NCBI GenBank assembly: GCA_965206595.1
Contig: OZ242214.1
Location: forward strand, 608,001 to 672,000
From: Candidatus Latescibacterota bacterium
Lineage (GTDB): Bacteria > Latescibacterota > UBA2968 > UBA8231
Length of the DNA stretch: 64,000 nt
Direction: 5' to 3'
Part shown: positions 29,678 to 40,524 of the stretch, piece by piece
Numbering within the stretch: position 1 is the first letter of the stretch
Layout of the letters: every line of letters starts with the position of its first letter
Notes under the pieces: model-generated
What the model saw: only the letters and a program-made list of their open reading frames with translations
Told to the model about the DNA's origin: nothing
Databases searched by the model: none
Position numbers and translations under genes: made by a program

Positions 29678-30270
29678 CGGTCCTGTTGCGGCCGGTCGCA
29701 CGCCTCGCAAAGGAGAGCGGGCCGAGCCTCGCCGCCGAACGAGAGGGGATTGTCGAAATCCCTGCGCACCGGCCGGTCGGAGTCGCCGCAGAAATCGCAC
29801 TTGCCGCGCTCGCCGTAGCGCGGCCTGATCCCGGCCAGGTCCTGCACCTTTTCGAGAAACTGCTCACGCTCGCGCAGGGGGCCCGCGAACTGCTCGATGA
29901 AACTCCGCACCCCCTTGTCGGTTTCGCTCTCGACGGCGCGCTTCAGGATGGCGTCCATGCGCGCATCGCCCTTGGGATAACCGCCGTCCTCGAGCGTATG
30001 CCACGCCGCCTTGCGGACACTGGCGTCCGGGTCCTCCATAAGGCGGTAGAGTGCCTCCTGGACCTCCTCGATACGGGTGCGCACGTGGCAGGGACAGAGG
30101 TTGTCCGCGGCGACGAACCGCTCCTCGGGATCGCCGCTGCGGGACAGCGCCAGCAGCTCCTCGATCTCCTCCCGGCCAGCGCGGTGTTCGCCCCGGCGCC
30201 ACGCTTCCTTCCGGGAGCGGAAATAGCGGCCCCTGTCGTTACGCCTGTTTCTGATTTTCTGTTTCTGCAT
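29674..30270 (-). CDS. HEAT-repeat protein with CPCH motif and C-terminal CxxC...CxxC zinc finger
   Basis: LCPCHVR, LMEDPDASVRKAA, CDFC...CEAC. Confidence 0.65.
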   Translation of the reverse strand: MQKQKIRNRRNDRGRYFRSRKEAWRRGEHRAGREEIEELLALSRSGDPEERFVAADNLCPCHVRTRIEEVQEALYRLMEDPDASVRKAAWHTLEDGGYPKGDARMDAILKRAVESETDKGVRSFIEQFAGPLREREQFLEKVQDLAGIRPRYGERGKCDFCGDSDRPVRRDFDNPLSFGGEARPALLCEACDRPQQDR

Positions 30271-30451
30271 GCCGGTTTCCTCATGCAAGTTGAGTTGATT
30301 CCTCCCGCGGCCTGGGCCAGGTTTTCCGGGCCGGCCGCGGCCGGCTGCCCGATCTCGCCAAGTAAGGTACGTGGCAACCCTGCCAATTCCCTCCCCAAAA
30401 AACCGGATCGCCGCAGCTCGAAGCCGGCGACCGCAACAGGATGAAACGACC

Positions 30452-31933
30452 ATGACCCGCCGCGTAGGCATCATCTCCCTGATCCACGAATCCAACACCT
30501 TCGCCGCCACCCCGACGACGATAGCTTCCTTCCGGCGCGACAGCCTGCTCTGCGGAGAGGAGGTGCGGCAGGAGTTCGCAGGGGTCCTGCACCAGGGCAG
30601 CGGCTTCTTCGAGGGCCTGGCCCGCGCCGGCATCGAGGCGGTGCCGATCTTCCACGCCTCGACCACCCCTTCCGGCACGATCGCGAGGGAGACCTGCGAC
30701 GAGCTGATGCGCCTGATGTTCTCCGCCCTCGACGAGGCCGGTCCCCTCGACGGCTTTCTGGTGTCGCCGCACGGCGCCAACGCCGGCGAAGGGGAGGAGT
30801 ACCGCGATCTCGACGGCCACTGGCTCACCCGTCTGCGCGCCGGCGCCGGGGCCGGATGCCCCATCATCTGCGTCATCGACCCGCACGCCAACCTCTCTCC
30901 CCGCATGATCGAGGCGTGCGACGCGACCATCGCCTACCGCTCGAACCCCCACCTCGACCAGAAGGAGCGCGGCCTCGAGGCCGCCTCCCTGATGGCGCGC
31001 ACCCTCGCCGGCGAGATCCGGCCGGTGCAGCGGGCCGCCTTCCCGCCCTTCGGCATCAACATCGAGCGCCAGCACACCACCTCCCCTCCCTGCCTGCCGC
31101 TCTACGAGCTGGCCAACCGGCAGCTCGGAAATCCGTCCGTCCTGTCCAACTCGATCGTGCTCGGATTCCCCTACTCCGATGTCGAGGAGATGGGATCGTC
31201 CGCCATCGTCGCGACCGACGGCGACCCGGAGCTGGCGCAGCAGCTGGCCGACGAGCTCGCCGGCTACATGGTCGAGCACCGCGCCGAGTTCGTCGGGGAG
31301 TACCTGACGGTCGAGGAGGCAGTCGGTATGGCGGCCGCCAGGGAAGCGCCGGTCTGCCTGCTCGACATGGGGGACAATGTCGGCGGCGGCTCGGCGGCGG
31401 ACGGCACGCAGATAGCGCACGAGATCCATTCGCGCGGGGACCTGACCGCCTGCGTCTGTATCTACGACCCGGAAGCCCAGGAACGGGCGCGCGCCGCCGG
31501 CCCCGGGGCGCACCTGACGCTGTCCATGGGAGGAAGAGTCGACGGCCGCCACGGCGACCCGCTGACCGCGGAGGTCACCGTGAAGAGCCTGCACGAGGGG
31601 AAGTTCGAGGAGAGCGAGATCCGCCACGGCGGCTACACCCGCTTCGACATGGGGCCGACCGCGGTGGTGACCACCGGCACCGGCCTGACCATCAGCCTGA
31701 CCAGCCTGCGCACGGTGCCGCTCAGCCTCGGCATGGTCACCAGCATCGGGCTCGACCCCGCGGACTTTCACATCATCGTCGCCAAGGGGGTGCACGCCCC
31801 GGTCGCCGCGTTCGGGCCGGTCTGCAGCGAGCTGATCCGCGTCGACACGGTCGGAGCCACCGCGGCCGACATGCGCACCTTCGAGTATCGATACCGGCGC
31901 CAGCCGATGTACCCGTTCGAAGAGATCGCGTAA
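30452..31933 (+). CDS. M81 family metallopeptidase (MlrC-like)
   Basis: HESNTF, HGA, DPHAN, YRSNPHLD and DNVGGG motifs. Confidence 0.88.
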   Translation: MTRRVGIISLIHESNTFAATPTTIASFRRDSLLCGEEVRQEFAGVLHQGSGFFEGLARAGIEAVPIFHASTTPSGTIARETCDELMRLMFSALDEAGPLDGFLVSPHGANAGEGEEYRDLDGHWLTRLRAGAGAGCPIICVIDPHANLSPRMIEACDATIAYRSNPHLDQKERGLEAASLMARTLAGEIRPVQRAAFPPFGINIERQHTTSPPCLPLYELANRQLGNPSVLSNSIVLGFPYSDVEEMGSSAIVATDGDPELAQQLADELAGYMVEHRAEFVGEYLTVEEAVGMAAAREAPVCLLDMGDNVGGGSAADGTQIAHEIHSRGDLTACVCIYDPEAQERARAAGPGAHLTLSMGGRVDGRHGDPLTAEVTVKSLHEGKFEESEIRHGGYTRFDMGPTAVVTTGTGLTISLTSLRTVPLSLGMVTSIGLDPADFHIIVAKGVHAPVAAFGPVCSELIRVDTVGATAADMRTFEYRYRRQPMYPFEEIA

Positions 31934-32081
31934 CCCCGAAAACTTCCGGCTTCACCGCTTCCCGGCCGCCCGCACAGCCTGGGCGGACCAGCGAGGCGCA
32001 CGCCAACGCCATGCCGGAGCCAGTGAGGAACAACCGCCGATGGTCGCTCTCGACCGGGGCTCCCCGAAACCCGCGCCGCGG

Positions 32082-33266
32082 TCACACCCCCAGCTCTTGC
32101 TTGGCCTCGGCGAATTTCTCGAGGGCGAAATCGAGGTCCCCGCGGGTGTGGGCGGCCGACATCTGCGTGCGGATGCGCGCCGCCCCGTGGGGGACGACGG
32201 GGTAGAAGAAGCCGGTCACGTACACCCCCTTGGCCAGCATCAGCGCCGCCATCTCCTGGGCCAGGCCGGCGTCGCCGAGCATGATCGGAACGATCGCGTG
32301 AGATCCCGGGCGGAGCTCGAAACCGAGGCTTTCCAGTCCCTGGCGGAAATGCCGCGTGTTCGTCCGCAGCTGCTGCCGCAGCTCCGGAGAGCGGGCGATG
32401 ATTTCCAGGGCCTTCAGGGATGCCGCGACGATGCTCGGCGCCAGGGTGTTCGAGAACAGGTAGGGCCGCGAGCGCTGGCGCAGCAGGGCGACGATCTCCC
32501 TGCGGCCGCTGGTGTAGCCGCCGCTGGCCCCGCCGAGGGCCTTGCCGAGGGTGCCGGTGATGACGTCGACGCGGCCTTCCACTCCGCAGTGCTCGTGGGT
32601 GCCGCGGCCGTGCTCGCCGACGAACCCGACGGCGTGCGAGTCGTCGATCATCACCAGGGCGTCGTGCTCGTCGGCGAGGTCGCAGATCTCCGGGAGCTTG
32701 GCGTAGTACCCGTCCATCGAGAAGACCCCGTCGGTGGCGATCAGCCGGAAGCGGGCCGAGGCCGCCTCACGCAGGCAGCTCTCCAGCTCCCCCATGTCGC
32801 TGTTCTTGTAGCGCAGGCGCCGCGCCTTGCACAGGCGGATGCCGTCGATGATGCTGGCGTGGTTGAGCTCGTCGCTGATCACCGCGTCCTCATCGTCCAG
32901 CAGGGTTTCGAACAGCCCGCCGTTGGCGTCGAAGCAGGAGGAATACAGGATCGTGTCCTCGGTCCCGAGGAACTCGGAGATCCGCGCTTCGAGGGCCTTG
33001 TGGATCTGCTGCGTACCGCAGATGAAGCGCACCGACGACAGCCCGAACCCCCACTCGTCGTAGCTGCGGCGCGCCGCCTCGATGATCTCGGGGTTGTCGG
33101 CGAGGCCGAGGTAGTTGTTGGCGCACATGTTGAGCACCTCGCCGCCGCCGGCGATGCCGACGCGGGAACCCTGCGGGGTGGTGATGGTGCGCTCCTCCTT
33201 GAACAGGTCGGCGTCCCTGATCTCGGCGATCCGCGCTTCGAGGTGCTCCTTGAGGGATTCGTTCAT
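32082..33266 (-). CDS. kbl: Glycine C-acetyltransferase (2-amino-3-ketobutyrate CoA ligase)
   Basis: [27 protein letters not shown] and GTLGKALGG motifs. Confidence 0.95.
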   Translation of the reverse strand: MNESLKEHLEARIAEIRDADLFKEERTITTPQGSRVGIAGGGEVLNMCANNYLGLADNPEIIEAARRSYDEWGFGLSSVRFICGTQQIHKALEARISEFLGTEDTILYSSCFDANGGLFETLLDDEDAVISDELNHASIIDGIRLCKARRLRYKNSDMGELESCLREAASARFRLIATDGVFSMDGYYAKLPEICDLADEHDALVMIDDSHAVGFVGEHGRGTHEHCGVEGRVDVITGTLGKALGGASGGYTSGRREIVALLRQRSRPYLFSNTLAPSIVAASLKALEIIARSPELRQQLRTNTRHFRQGLESLGFELRPGSHAIVPIMLGDAGLAQEMAALMLAKGVYVTGFFYPVVPHGAARIRTQMSAAHTRGDLDFALEKFAEAKQELGV

Positions 33267-33472
33267 CGATTGGCCTCCTGAGGTCATCCTCTGTCTCAAG
33301 ATCCCCCCAATCCCCGGGCCGCGCCAGAGCCCGGCAAATTGCCGGGTGGGGTGCTCGAGTTGCCGATTATCCGTAGTAGCACAGTGGAATAAATGGCGCC
33401 TGTTCAAGTTCTTTACCGCGCAGCGGTACTTCCATCCAGGGCATCACCTTCACCGGGATGCGAAACTGAGGA

Positions 33473-34663
33473 GTGTTCGGATATATGGACGAACGTGCAG
33501 AGAGCGAACGCGGCCGCGTGCGCATCACCGGCCTCAAGGCGATGGAGCTCGAGAACGCGGCGGGGCAGAGCCTGGTGCGCGTCGAGACCGACGCCGGTCT
33601 GACCGGCATCGGCGAGGCGGGAGCGGCAGGACCGGCGGCGCGCGCCAACCTGCAGTGGCTCGAGGGCGTTCTCATCGGCGCCGACCCGCTCAACATCGAC
33701 AAGCTCTATCACCAGATGATGGGCCTTCAGCATACCTACCAGGCGCACGTGCCGACGGTCAGCGGCGTCGACATCGCCCTGTGGGACCTGGCGGGCAAGA
33801 TCCTCGATCTCCCGGTCAGCAACATGCTGACGGGCCGCTTCCGCGACCGCGTCGAGATCTACTACGGCGGAGCGCCGGCCGACTGGAGCGATCGCGCCGC
33901 GGTCGACGACTGGGTCAGCGAGTTCCGCGCCCACCCCCACGGCTACCGCACCCTGAAGTTCGGCTTCGATCAACTGCTCGACAGCGACCGGCTGTCGCGG
34001 CCTTACCAGATAGCTGTACCGGGTCAGACGCTGAATGGCAGCCACCTCAAGCGCATTCGCGACGGCTACGAGACCATGCGCGATGCCTTTGGCTGGGACC
34101 TCGACTTCATCGTCCACTGCCACAACGAGTGGGACGTGCCGGCGGCGATCGGCATTTCGCAGGCGGTGGAAGAGGCGCGGCCGCTCTGGATCGAAGACCC
34201 GCTGCAGGTCTGGTTCTCCGATGGGTACAAACAGCTGAGGGCGGCTTCCCGCGTGCCGATCTGCACCGGCGAGAAGGTCGAGGGATTCCGCGATTTCTTC
34301 CCCTTCATCGTCGAGGGCGGGATCGACGTGCTGCACCCCGACCTCTGCTGGTGCGGCGGCATCAGCGGCGGCCGCAAGATCGCCGAGCTCGCCGAACACT
34401 TCGGCCTGCCCGTGGCCTTGCACAACTGCGGCAGCCTCGTCCACAACATGGCCAACGTGCACTTCGGAGCGATGGTGAGAAACTTCAGCATGAGTGAGAC
34501 GCGGCTGTACAGCCAGGCGTACATCGCGGAAATGGGAGGGCTCGACGGGTATGATTTCGCGGACGGCAAGCTGGCGGTGCCCGAGGGCCCGGGGCTGGGC
34601 ATCGACCTGGTGCCCGAGGTGTTGCGCGCCGAGCTCAAGGAAGGGGAGCCGTTCTGGGATTGA
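33473..34663 (+). CDS. Mandelate racemase/muconate lactonizing enzyme family protein
   Basis: TDAGLTGIGE, SGVDIALWDLAGK, WIEDP, TGE and GPGLGI motifs. Confidence 0.9.
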   Translation: MFGYMDERAESERGRVRITGLKAMELENAAGQSLVRVETDAGLTGIGEAGAAGPAARANLQWLEGVLIGADPLNIDKLYHQMMGLQHTYQAHVPTVSGVDIALWDLAGKILDLPVSNMLTGRFRDRVEIYYGGAPADWSDRAAVDDWVSEFRAHPHGYRTLKFGFDQLLDSDRLSRPYQIAVPGQTLNGSHLKRIRDGYETMRDAFGWDLDFIVHCHNEWDVPAAIGISQAVEEARPLWIEDPLQVWFSDGYKQLRAASRVPICTGEKVEGFRDFFPFIVEGGIDVLHPDLCWCGGISGGRKIAELAEHFGLPVALHNCGSLVHNMANVHFGAMVRNFSMSETRLYSQAYIAEMGGLDGYDFADGKLAVPEGPGLGIDLVPEVLRAELKEGEPFWD

Positions 34664-34826
34664 CGAGCGTCGTACGAGTGATAGGCGGCTCGGAGAGTTA
34701 CCGCCCTCGGTTTTGTGGTGGGCTCCTTCGAAGAGGGAGCATCCGAGTTTCTCCCCGGAGCAGACAACTGCCCTTCCCTGAAAACCCTCCACCGCTGCAC
34801 CCGGCCGGAGAAGACCCTTGGTTGGT

Positions 34827-37800
34827 TCAATCCGGTCGGCTTACGTCGATTACGCAGACGGCGATTTTGCTCTTTTCTTCGCGGGACAGCTTGGCTTTCA
34901 GCTGCTCTTTCACCTCTTGGGGACTGCTCGGAGTAGTGCCCGAGCGCTGCGGGGGAGTGGGTTTCTCGTCAAACCAAAACACGAGGTAGATACCGTATCC
35001 GCCCGTCGCCGGTTCCCTCGTGTACTTAGCGATCAACTGGTCTCGCAGGCCCTCCCAGAGATGCGAATTTGAGGCTTTCTTGATTTCCACCGGCACCTGA
35101 AACCCCCCGTATGAAACTCGTATGTCGGCTCGCGTGTTGTTGACGTACTGTATCTCGGGTTCGGCATTGGGGAAATACAAACGTAGATCATAAAGCAGCG
35201 CATCTCGACAGGAATTCTCGTGTTTCGGAGTCGTCCGTTTCTGGTTTTCGTCCTCGTTCCAGTACGGACGCCAATAATTGGCATTGTTTGTATTGATTCG
35301 ACTTCCGATCTCCTCGAAACGCCCCACCAAGAGGGCAGCAAGGTCCGCGACATTGGCGGGGGTTCCGTCATTGAGCGTTTGGCAAACCTGTTCAATGCTT
35401 GGGTGACGGTAACCGGCGTCGCGGCGTATAACTCGCTGGCTATCTCGAGCCTGCGATAGCACCTCATGCCAGCGCTCTAGGGTGGGATCAAAACAAAGGC
35501 TGTCCAGCGCCTCCCTCGCGTAACTGGTGGGAGAAGCCGACAGGCGTTGAATCAGGTCGTTGACAAGACGAGATGCCTCCATTGCAGGCTGGACTCCCCA
35601 CCCTTCCTCAAACTGACCCGGTTGGAAGTACCTCCCTACAAGCCTGATTACCAATTCCATGACTTTATCATCCAATTCGGGAATGGAAGGCTGCAAACTG
35701 CCTTGAGAGAAAAAGAATGTAGTCAGGTGACGAATCCTTCCTTCTCGATCCTCCACGAACTCATTAAGTCTCTCATGGAATTCCCTTGGCGAAACGATTG
35801 CGCCGGCCACTAGCCAATGGACTCGCTGAGCAACGTTCATCCTCTTCAAGGACAACTTCCATTCAATTAATTCCTGAAACGCTTTCTTTTCGGAGTGTTG
35901 TACTGCAGCCAAAATTAAACTATTCAGTGCTTGGATCTGGTTAACCTTGCACCGGGTAGGAAAGGCGCGGAGCAACGGCATGACAGCCCGTTTGGCAACT
36001 TGCGCGTGCTCCGGGTCGTGCGCGAGTTCCCTTAGGTTATTTATTTTTCCGCGACCGCAACGGAACTCGGTAACTGCGAATCGCACTTGCATATCGGCGA
36101 CTGTCTCGGGACGAGCTTCTAGAAGCCGTTGATACCAAAAAGCCCGGAAACCCGCGTTTGCTTCACAGAAATAAAAGATGAGCCCTTTGCGAATCCGGTT
36201 GTTGTTCCATCGGGCGCTGTCTCCCCCTACTGTCCTTTGGATTTCCGCTAAGCCCGCCAGGAATGGCAAGCTAAAAAAGTATCTGCGCTCCCTTTTTCGA
36301 AGGTCCAGAATTTCCTCGATTTCCGGAACGTCCTGGCGGTCAACCGTGCCACAGAGGCCCTTTAGGCAAGCGTCGATCAAATCAAGGTCGCCCCGGAGCA
36401 GCTTCGATATTATTTCCGGCCCATCATCACCGGGTAGATCGTAAAAATGCCCAAAATAGGCTCGTGCCAAGTGGTCAAGCAGGGCAGGTTCCACGCGGTT
36501 TTCTCTCAGTGCCGTTTTTTGAGAACGTAAATATTCAATCCATTCTTCTTTCTTTCGCTGGCGCTCCTCTGTGAATGTCCTCTCTTGCTCCAAGTACTTT
36601 TGTTCCAGTGGAGAAATGGACCGAGGAGCAAGCAATCGATCCAGCCTGATTTTCAGCCTCTCGTTCTTCCGTGTGTGATCCTTCAGGATTCCGAGGGACA
36701 AACCCTCGTTACTGCTTTCCTCGGTATGCGCCCTGACTGCCCATTCAAGTAGAGACTCTGCAACTAGCGGTTTGGATTCCACCATAGCAACCGCCTGCTT
36801 CAGGCACCAGAGGCCGAAGTCGGGCGGTTGGGTGGCACCATACCATCGTTTCAGGACCTTAAAGGCGTCCAGTTGGACCTCGTTAGTAACGGGACAACGA
36901 CTCAATCCCTCAAAGACAATGTTTTTTTGAACTATTGGCCGCTGCTTTAGCCACAAGCGTATTTCCTGAATATCCTTCGGGTCTCCGACTGGGAATCCTC
37001 TCAGATTTCCACGGAAACCCACATTCAGCCAGTCATACAAACGATTCGTCGCGAGTTTATCCCCATGCGCTTGGAGACCGCGAGCGAGTAGTTTCACCGG
37101 AAGGTTTTCCAGTCTGCCACCGGCCTCCAGAGCGTGGCGCATGCTGGAAAAGCGCTCGTGCAGACCGTCGAGGAGTTTGGCAATCTGATCATTGGAAGAT
37201 TTTTGTAGTAATCCATGCATAAAAAATCCGTAAAACATGCCAAAGAAAAATTCTCTATTTCTTGTCTCAAAAAAGCAGTCCCATACCTCAGATCCTGTTA
37301 GATCCCGTGGATAAAGTTCGTACAGCAGGATTCCGAGAAGCTCGTTGTCGGAATCGGATACACGCCCGGTGCGAATATCAGCCAGCAGCGATTTCAGCTC
37401 GAGGACTTCATCCTGGGTACCCGGACAGTTGTGGATAAAGGCTTTGAGGGCAGATGTACTGACGCGAGGCCATCGAGTGTCGTCGCGGACAAGTTCGAGC
37501 AGAATTCCAGAAAGGCCTGCTAGGGGCGCTCCTTCTGCCAGAAAACGCAAGACGAAATCGGTGAACAATTGGTGGTCCCGGTCGTGGCCCCCGTCGGCCA
37601 AGACTTCCCTGAGCAGGGGTTCCATTTCTGAGGTAGCCAGCCCGCCAAAGGCCTCTGCAATCCTCCATACGAAATCAAGCCGGTACGCATTTTCAATCAA
37701 AGACACCTTCACCTTCAGGGATGCCAGGAGTGCACCTTTATCTTCGGTTGAAAACTCGTGAATATCGCCGTACAGGCCTACGCCAATGGGATCGCGTTCG

Positions 37801-38900
37801 ATAAGGTCTGGCCGGGCGTCCTGGCAATTGGCCGCGAGCCAAGCGGACAAGCCCCTCATTTCGGTGACCACAGTGCCGTCCTCTCCCGTCATCAGGGAAA
37901 CCACCCGGCGGGGAGGGAGGCCGTCTTGGATAACCCTGGCGAGGTACCGGGCGCCGAGGAATTCAGCGAGGTGGCGGTGAACGGAGGTAAAGCGGTTGCT
38001 GGAGGCGCCCTGGAACAGCTTCGTGGCGATTGCGAAACGGACCACTGAGGGACTGTCGTAGCCGCACTGGTCCAGATCCGGGTACTCCTCGTCCGGCTGG
38101 TCGCGCAACGTGTACCCAGCCCCTCCCGAAATCAGTTGAAGCGCGCAGATATGTCCGGCGGCGTCCAGAAGCTGGTCGAGCGAAGGTGGAGAGCCAGACT
38201 GTTGCGCCGCTTGATGCTCCGCGTTGTGCTCTCGGACCATCTGGCGGCAAGCCATCTCGAAGGTCTCCATTCGGCTCTCCGGCCACCCCCCTCCCCCACC
38301 AACGACCTTGGCCAGCATCTCCAGGGCTTGCGGGTTCGTAAGCAGCCCGTCGATGCCCCGTTCCTGCGCTGCTTCGATGAATTCACCGGTATTGATGCCC
38401 CGGTCCTTTAGGATCCTTTCCACGTCACAGAGGGTCAGTGGATCGAGGCGTAGTACCTTCACCCGGAAATCCGGTGAGACTGATTCCAGATGCTTCCTGT
38501 CATTCTCTCCTAGCCAGTCTGCTTCCCGGCATGACAGCCGAAAGCACGGCCTCTCAAGCGTGTCGAGACGCCCGCGAATCTGGTCAAAGGGTGTGCGCGT
38601 GTCCTTCGCTCCGACGCGGATTTCATCGAGTCCGTCGATAAAAAGAGTCTTGTGGCGCCATTCGGGATGGCCCTGGGGATCGAAGGTCATGAAGTCTCGG
38701 GCAGTAATGAGGTACGCCTTTTCTCCAAGCGACTCGCACTCTACTTCAAACGCAGTCGTCTTACCTGCGCCAGGATCCCCTAGCATCACATAGGCCGGTA
38801 CACCTTGAAACGCTTCTAGAGGCTGGGACTTCTCCTTCTGTTGCTGATCCGCATTTCCTGCTAAAATCTCAGTACAGGTACGGGGAACAATCATGTTCAT
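34827..38900 (-). CDS. STAND/NACHT-family NTPase with helical sensor region and C-terminal PD-(D/E)xK nuclease-like domain
   Basis: Walker A GDPGAGKTT; Walker B LFIDGLDE; LSCR; NP; HRHLAEFLGA; C-terminal RADI...VPVEIKK. Confidence 0.75.
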   Translation of the reverse strand: MNMIVPRTCTEILAGNADQQQKEKSQPLEAFQGVPAYVMLGDPGAGKTTAFEVECESLGEKAYLITARDFMTFDPQGHPEWRHKTLFIDGLDEIRVGAKDTRTPFDQIRGRLDTLERPCFRLSCREADWLGENDRKHLESVSPDFRVKVLRLDPLTLCDVERILKDRGINTGEFIEAAQERGIDGLLTNPQALEMLAKVVGGGGGWPESRMETFEMACRQMVREHNAEHQAAQQSGSPPSLDQLLDAAGHICALQLISGGAGYTLRDQPDEEYPDLDQCGYDSPSVVRFAIATKLFQGASSNRFTSVHRHLAEFLGARYLARVIQDGLPPRRVVSLMTGEDGTVVTEMRGLSAWLAANCQDARPDLIERDPIGVGLYGDIHEFSTEDKGALLASLKVKVSLIENAYRLDFVWRIAEAFGGLATSEMEPLLREVLADGGHDRDHQLFTDFVLRFLAEGAPLAGLSGILLELVRDDTRWPRVSTSALKAFIHNCPGTQDEVLELKSLLADIRTGRVSDSDNELLGILLYELYPRDLTGSEVWDCFFETRNREFFFGMFYGFFMHGLLQKSSNDQIAKLLDGLHERFSSMRHALEAGGRLENLPVKLLARGLQAHGDKLATNRLYDWLNVGFRGNLRGFPVGDPKDIQEIRLWLKQRPIVQKNIVFEGLSRCPVTNEVQLDAFKVLKRWYGATQPPDFGLWCLKQAVAMVESKPLVAESLLEWAVRAHTEESSNEGLSLGILKDHTRKNERLKIRLDRLLAPRSISPLEQKYLEQERTFTEERQRKKEEWIEYLRSQKTALRENRVEPALLDHLARAYFGHFYDLPGDDGPEIISKLLRGDLDLIDACLKGLCGTVDRQDVPEIEEILDLRKRERRYFFSLPFLAGLAEIQRTVGGDSARWNNNRIRKGLIFYFCEANAGFRAFWYQRLLEARPETVADMQVRFAVTEFRCGRGKINNLRELAHDPEHAQVAKRAVMPLLRAFPTRCKVNQIQALNSLILAAVQHSEKKAFQELIEWKLSLKRMNVAQRVHWLVAGAIVSPREFHERLNEFVEDREGRIRHLTTFFFSQGSLQPSIPELDDKVMELVIRLVGRYFQPGQFEEGWGVQPAMEASRLVNDLIQRLSASPTSYAREALDSLCFDPTLERWHEVLSQARDSQRVIRRDAGYRHPSIEQVCQTLNDGTPANVADLAALLVGRFEEIGSRINTNNANYWRPYWNEDENQKRTTPKHENSCRDALLYDLRLYFPNAEPEIQYVNNTRADIRVSYGGFQVPVEIKKASNSHLWEGLRDQLIAKYTREPATGGYGIYLVFWFDEKPTPPQRSGTTPSSPQEVKEQLKAKLSREEKSKIAVCVIDVSRPD

Positions 38901-40146
38901 GTTTCCTCGAACCAGTATTGTGCTGGAACCGTGAGAAACTCCTCGAGCAATACTCCTCCTTCCCCTACGAGCAGCGAACGAAAGGGACTGAAGCGCTGCT
39001 TGAACGCGGTCATGCCTCGCGAAGTCCTCTTTCTCATTCCACTCTTCACCTCAATGCCGACAATTCGGGGACCACGTTGGAGAACGAAGTCAACCTCATG
39101 CCGCCCTTGCCGCCAGTAGTGAGCCGAATATCGGTTGTCTTGGTGTTGAACAAGTGCGCTCCGACCGTGCTCTCGACGAGGCTGCCAAAAAACGTGTGGT
39201 CGTTCTGAGCCTCATCGAAGGATCGCCCTGACCCGGCTGTCATCAGGGCCGTGTTGAGCACATTGAGCTTTGGACTAGAATTACTCCGGGAAGCGGGACT
39301 CCCGGCGTATTTCTGCAGACCGGTAAGGAGGCTAGCATTCGAGAGCAGGTCGAGATAGCGCGCCAGGGTGGCAGTGTTCCCGCGATCCTTAAGTTGCCCC
39401 AACATTTTTTCGTAGGACAGGATCTGGCCGGAATAGAAAGTTCCCAATTCGAAGAGTCGTTTAAGCAACGCAGGCTTTTCGACCCGCGTCATGGCGATGA
39501 TGTCCCGTTCTATGTTCGGCTCAACGAGCGAACCGAGTATATAATTGCGCCATCGATCCGACTCCCGAACAAAGGGAGCAGCACCCGGGTATCCCCCAAA
39601 ATAGAGGAATTTTGCTAAATCAAAATTAAAAGCCTCGGTCATCTCCGCAAACGACCAGTGGGTGACGCGAATCGGTTCGAAGCGACCGGCAAGGCTCTCG
39701 TTCAATCCCGACTGAAAGAGCAGCGGGGCCGAGCCTAGGATGACCACGCGCAAGGGACAGTCTCTGGCGCGGTCGGCGTCCCAGAGTCCCTTTACAGTCT
39801 CCGACCACCCGGGAATCTTCTGGATCTCGTCGAACACAACCACCAAACCCCCAGACTTCTCAGCTTCGCCTCGGGCCCTTTCCCAACTTTCCACCAACCA
39901 TTTCAAGTCTCGCTTCTCCTGAGAAATGACGGTGGTCCACATCTCGTCGGGAGGGGCACCCAGCTCGTCGGAAGGGCCGACTTGGTCAACGGGCAAGTTC
40001 CAGGATTTTATATAGACCTGTCCCAGTGCCTGACGCACGATGGTAGTTTTTCCTGCCTGCCTCGGTCCGAATAGTGCTATAAGATGATGGGGCGGCTCGG
40101 CAAGCCGTTGGACAAGTGTTCTGACCTGGGAGCGCTGAAATGCCAT
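38897..40146 (-). pseudogene. AAA_14 ATPase plus DUF4143 nuclease-like domain, frameshifted near 39122
   Basis: GPRQAGKTT, DEIQK and GGYP motifs; the shifted frame gives HYWRQGRHEVDFVL...IEVKSG...WFEET*. Confidence 0.85.
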
Positions 40147-40269
40147 ACTTCAGACCTGACTAAGGGATAACCACGCGGGTGGTAGAATGACGCGCGGCAT
40201 TTGCTATTCCTCCTGTGCTAACAGGACGCAATCAGCCGGACCCACAAGCTCAGACCATTCCCTGTCCAT

Positions 40270-40461
40270 CTTTGGATTCCGATTGGGATTTCCCCTTCGG
40301 CACTCCATTCTCAAGAAGCATTTCGACTACTTCTATCAGATTTCTGTTCAGTTCGACCAATGTCTCGCCCTGAGAATGGGCGCCTGCAAAACCGGAGACA
40401 TATCCGACATATAGCCCCGTATCCTTGCAATATCCTACGATTGGCGAGGAAGTGCATTCAT
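40270..40461 (-). pseudogene. Degenerate HicB-family antitoxin
   Basis: Minus strand reads DTGLYVGYVSGFAGAHSQGETLVELNRNLIEVVEMLLE; out of frame with the upstream ATG. Confidence 0.6.
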
Positions 40462-40524
40462 ACCTCTCTTTGGAGGGGGAGAAACGTTCACGGTTGCGGC
40501 GAACAGCCTATTCGACTCCCGAAG

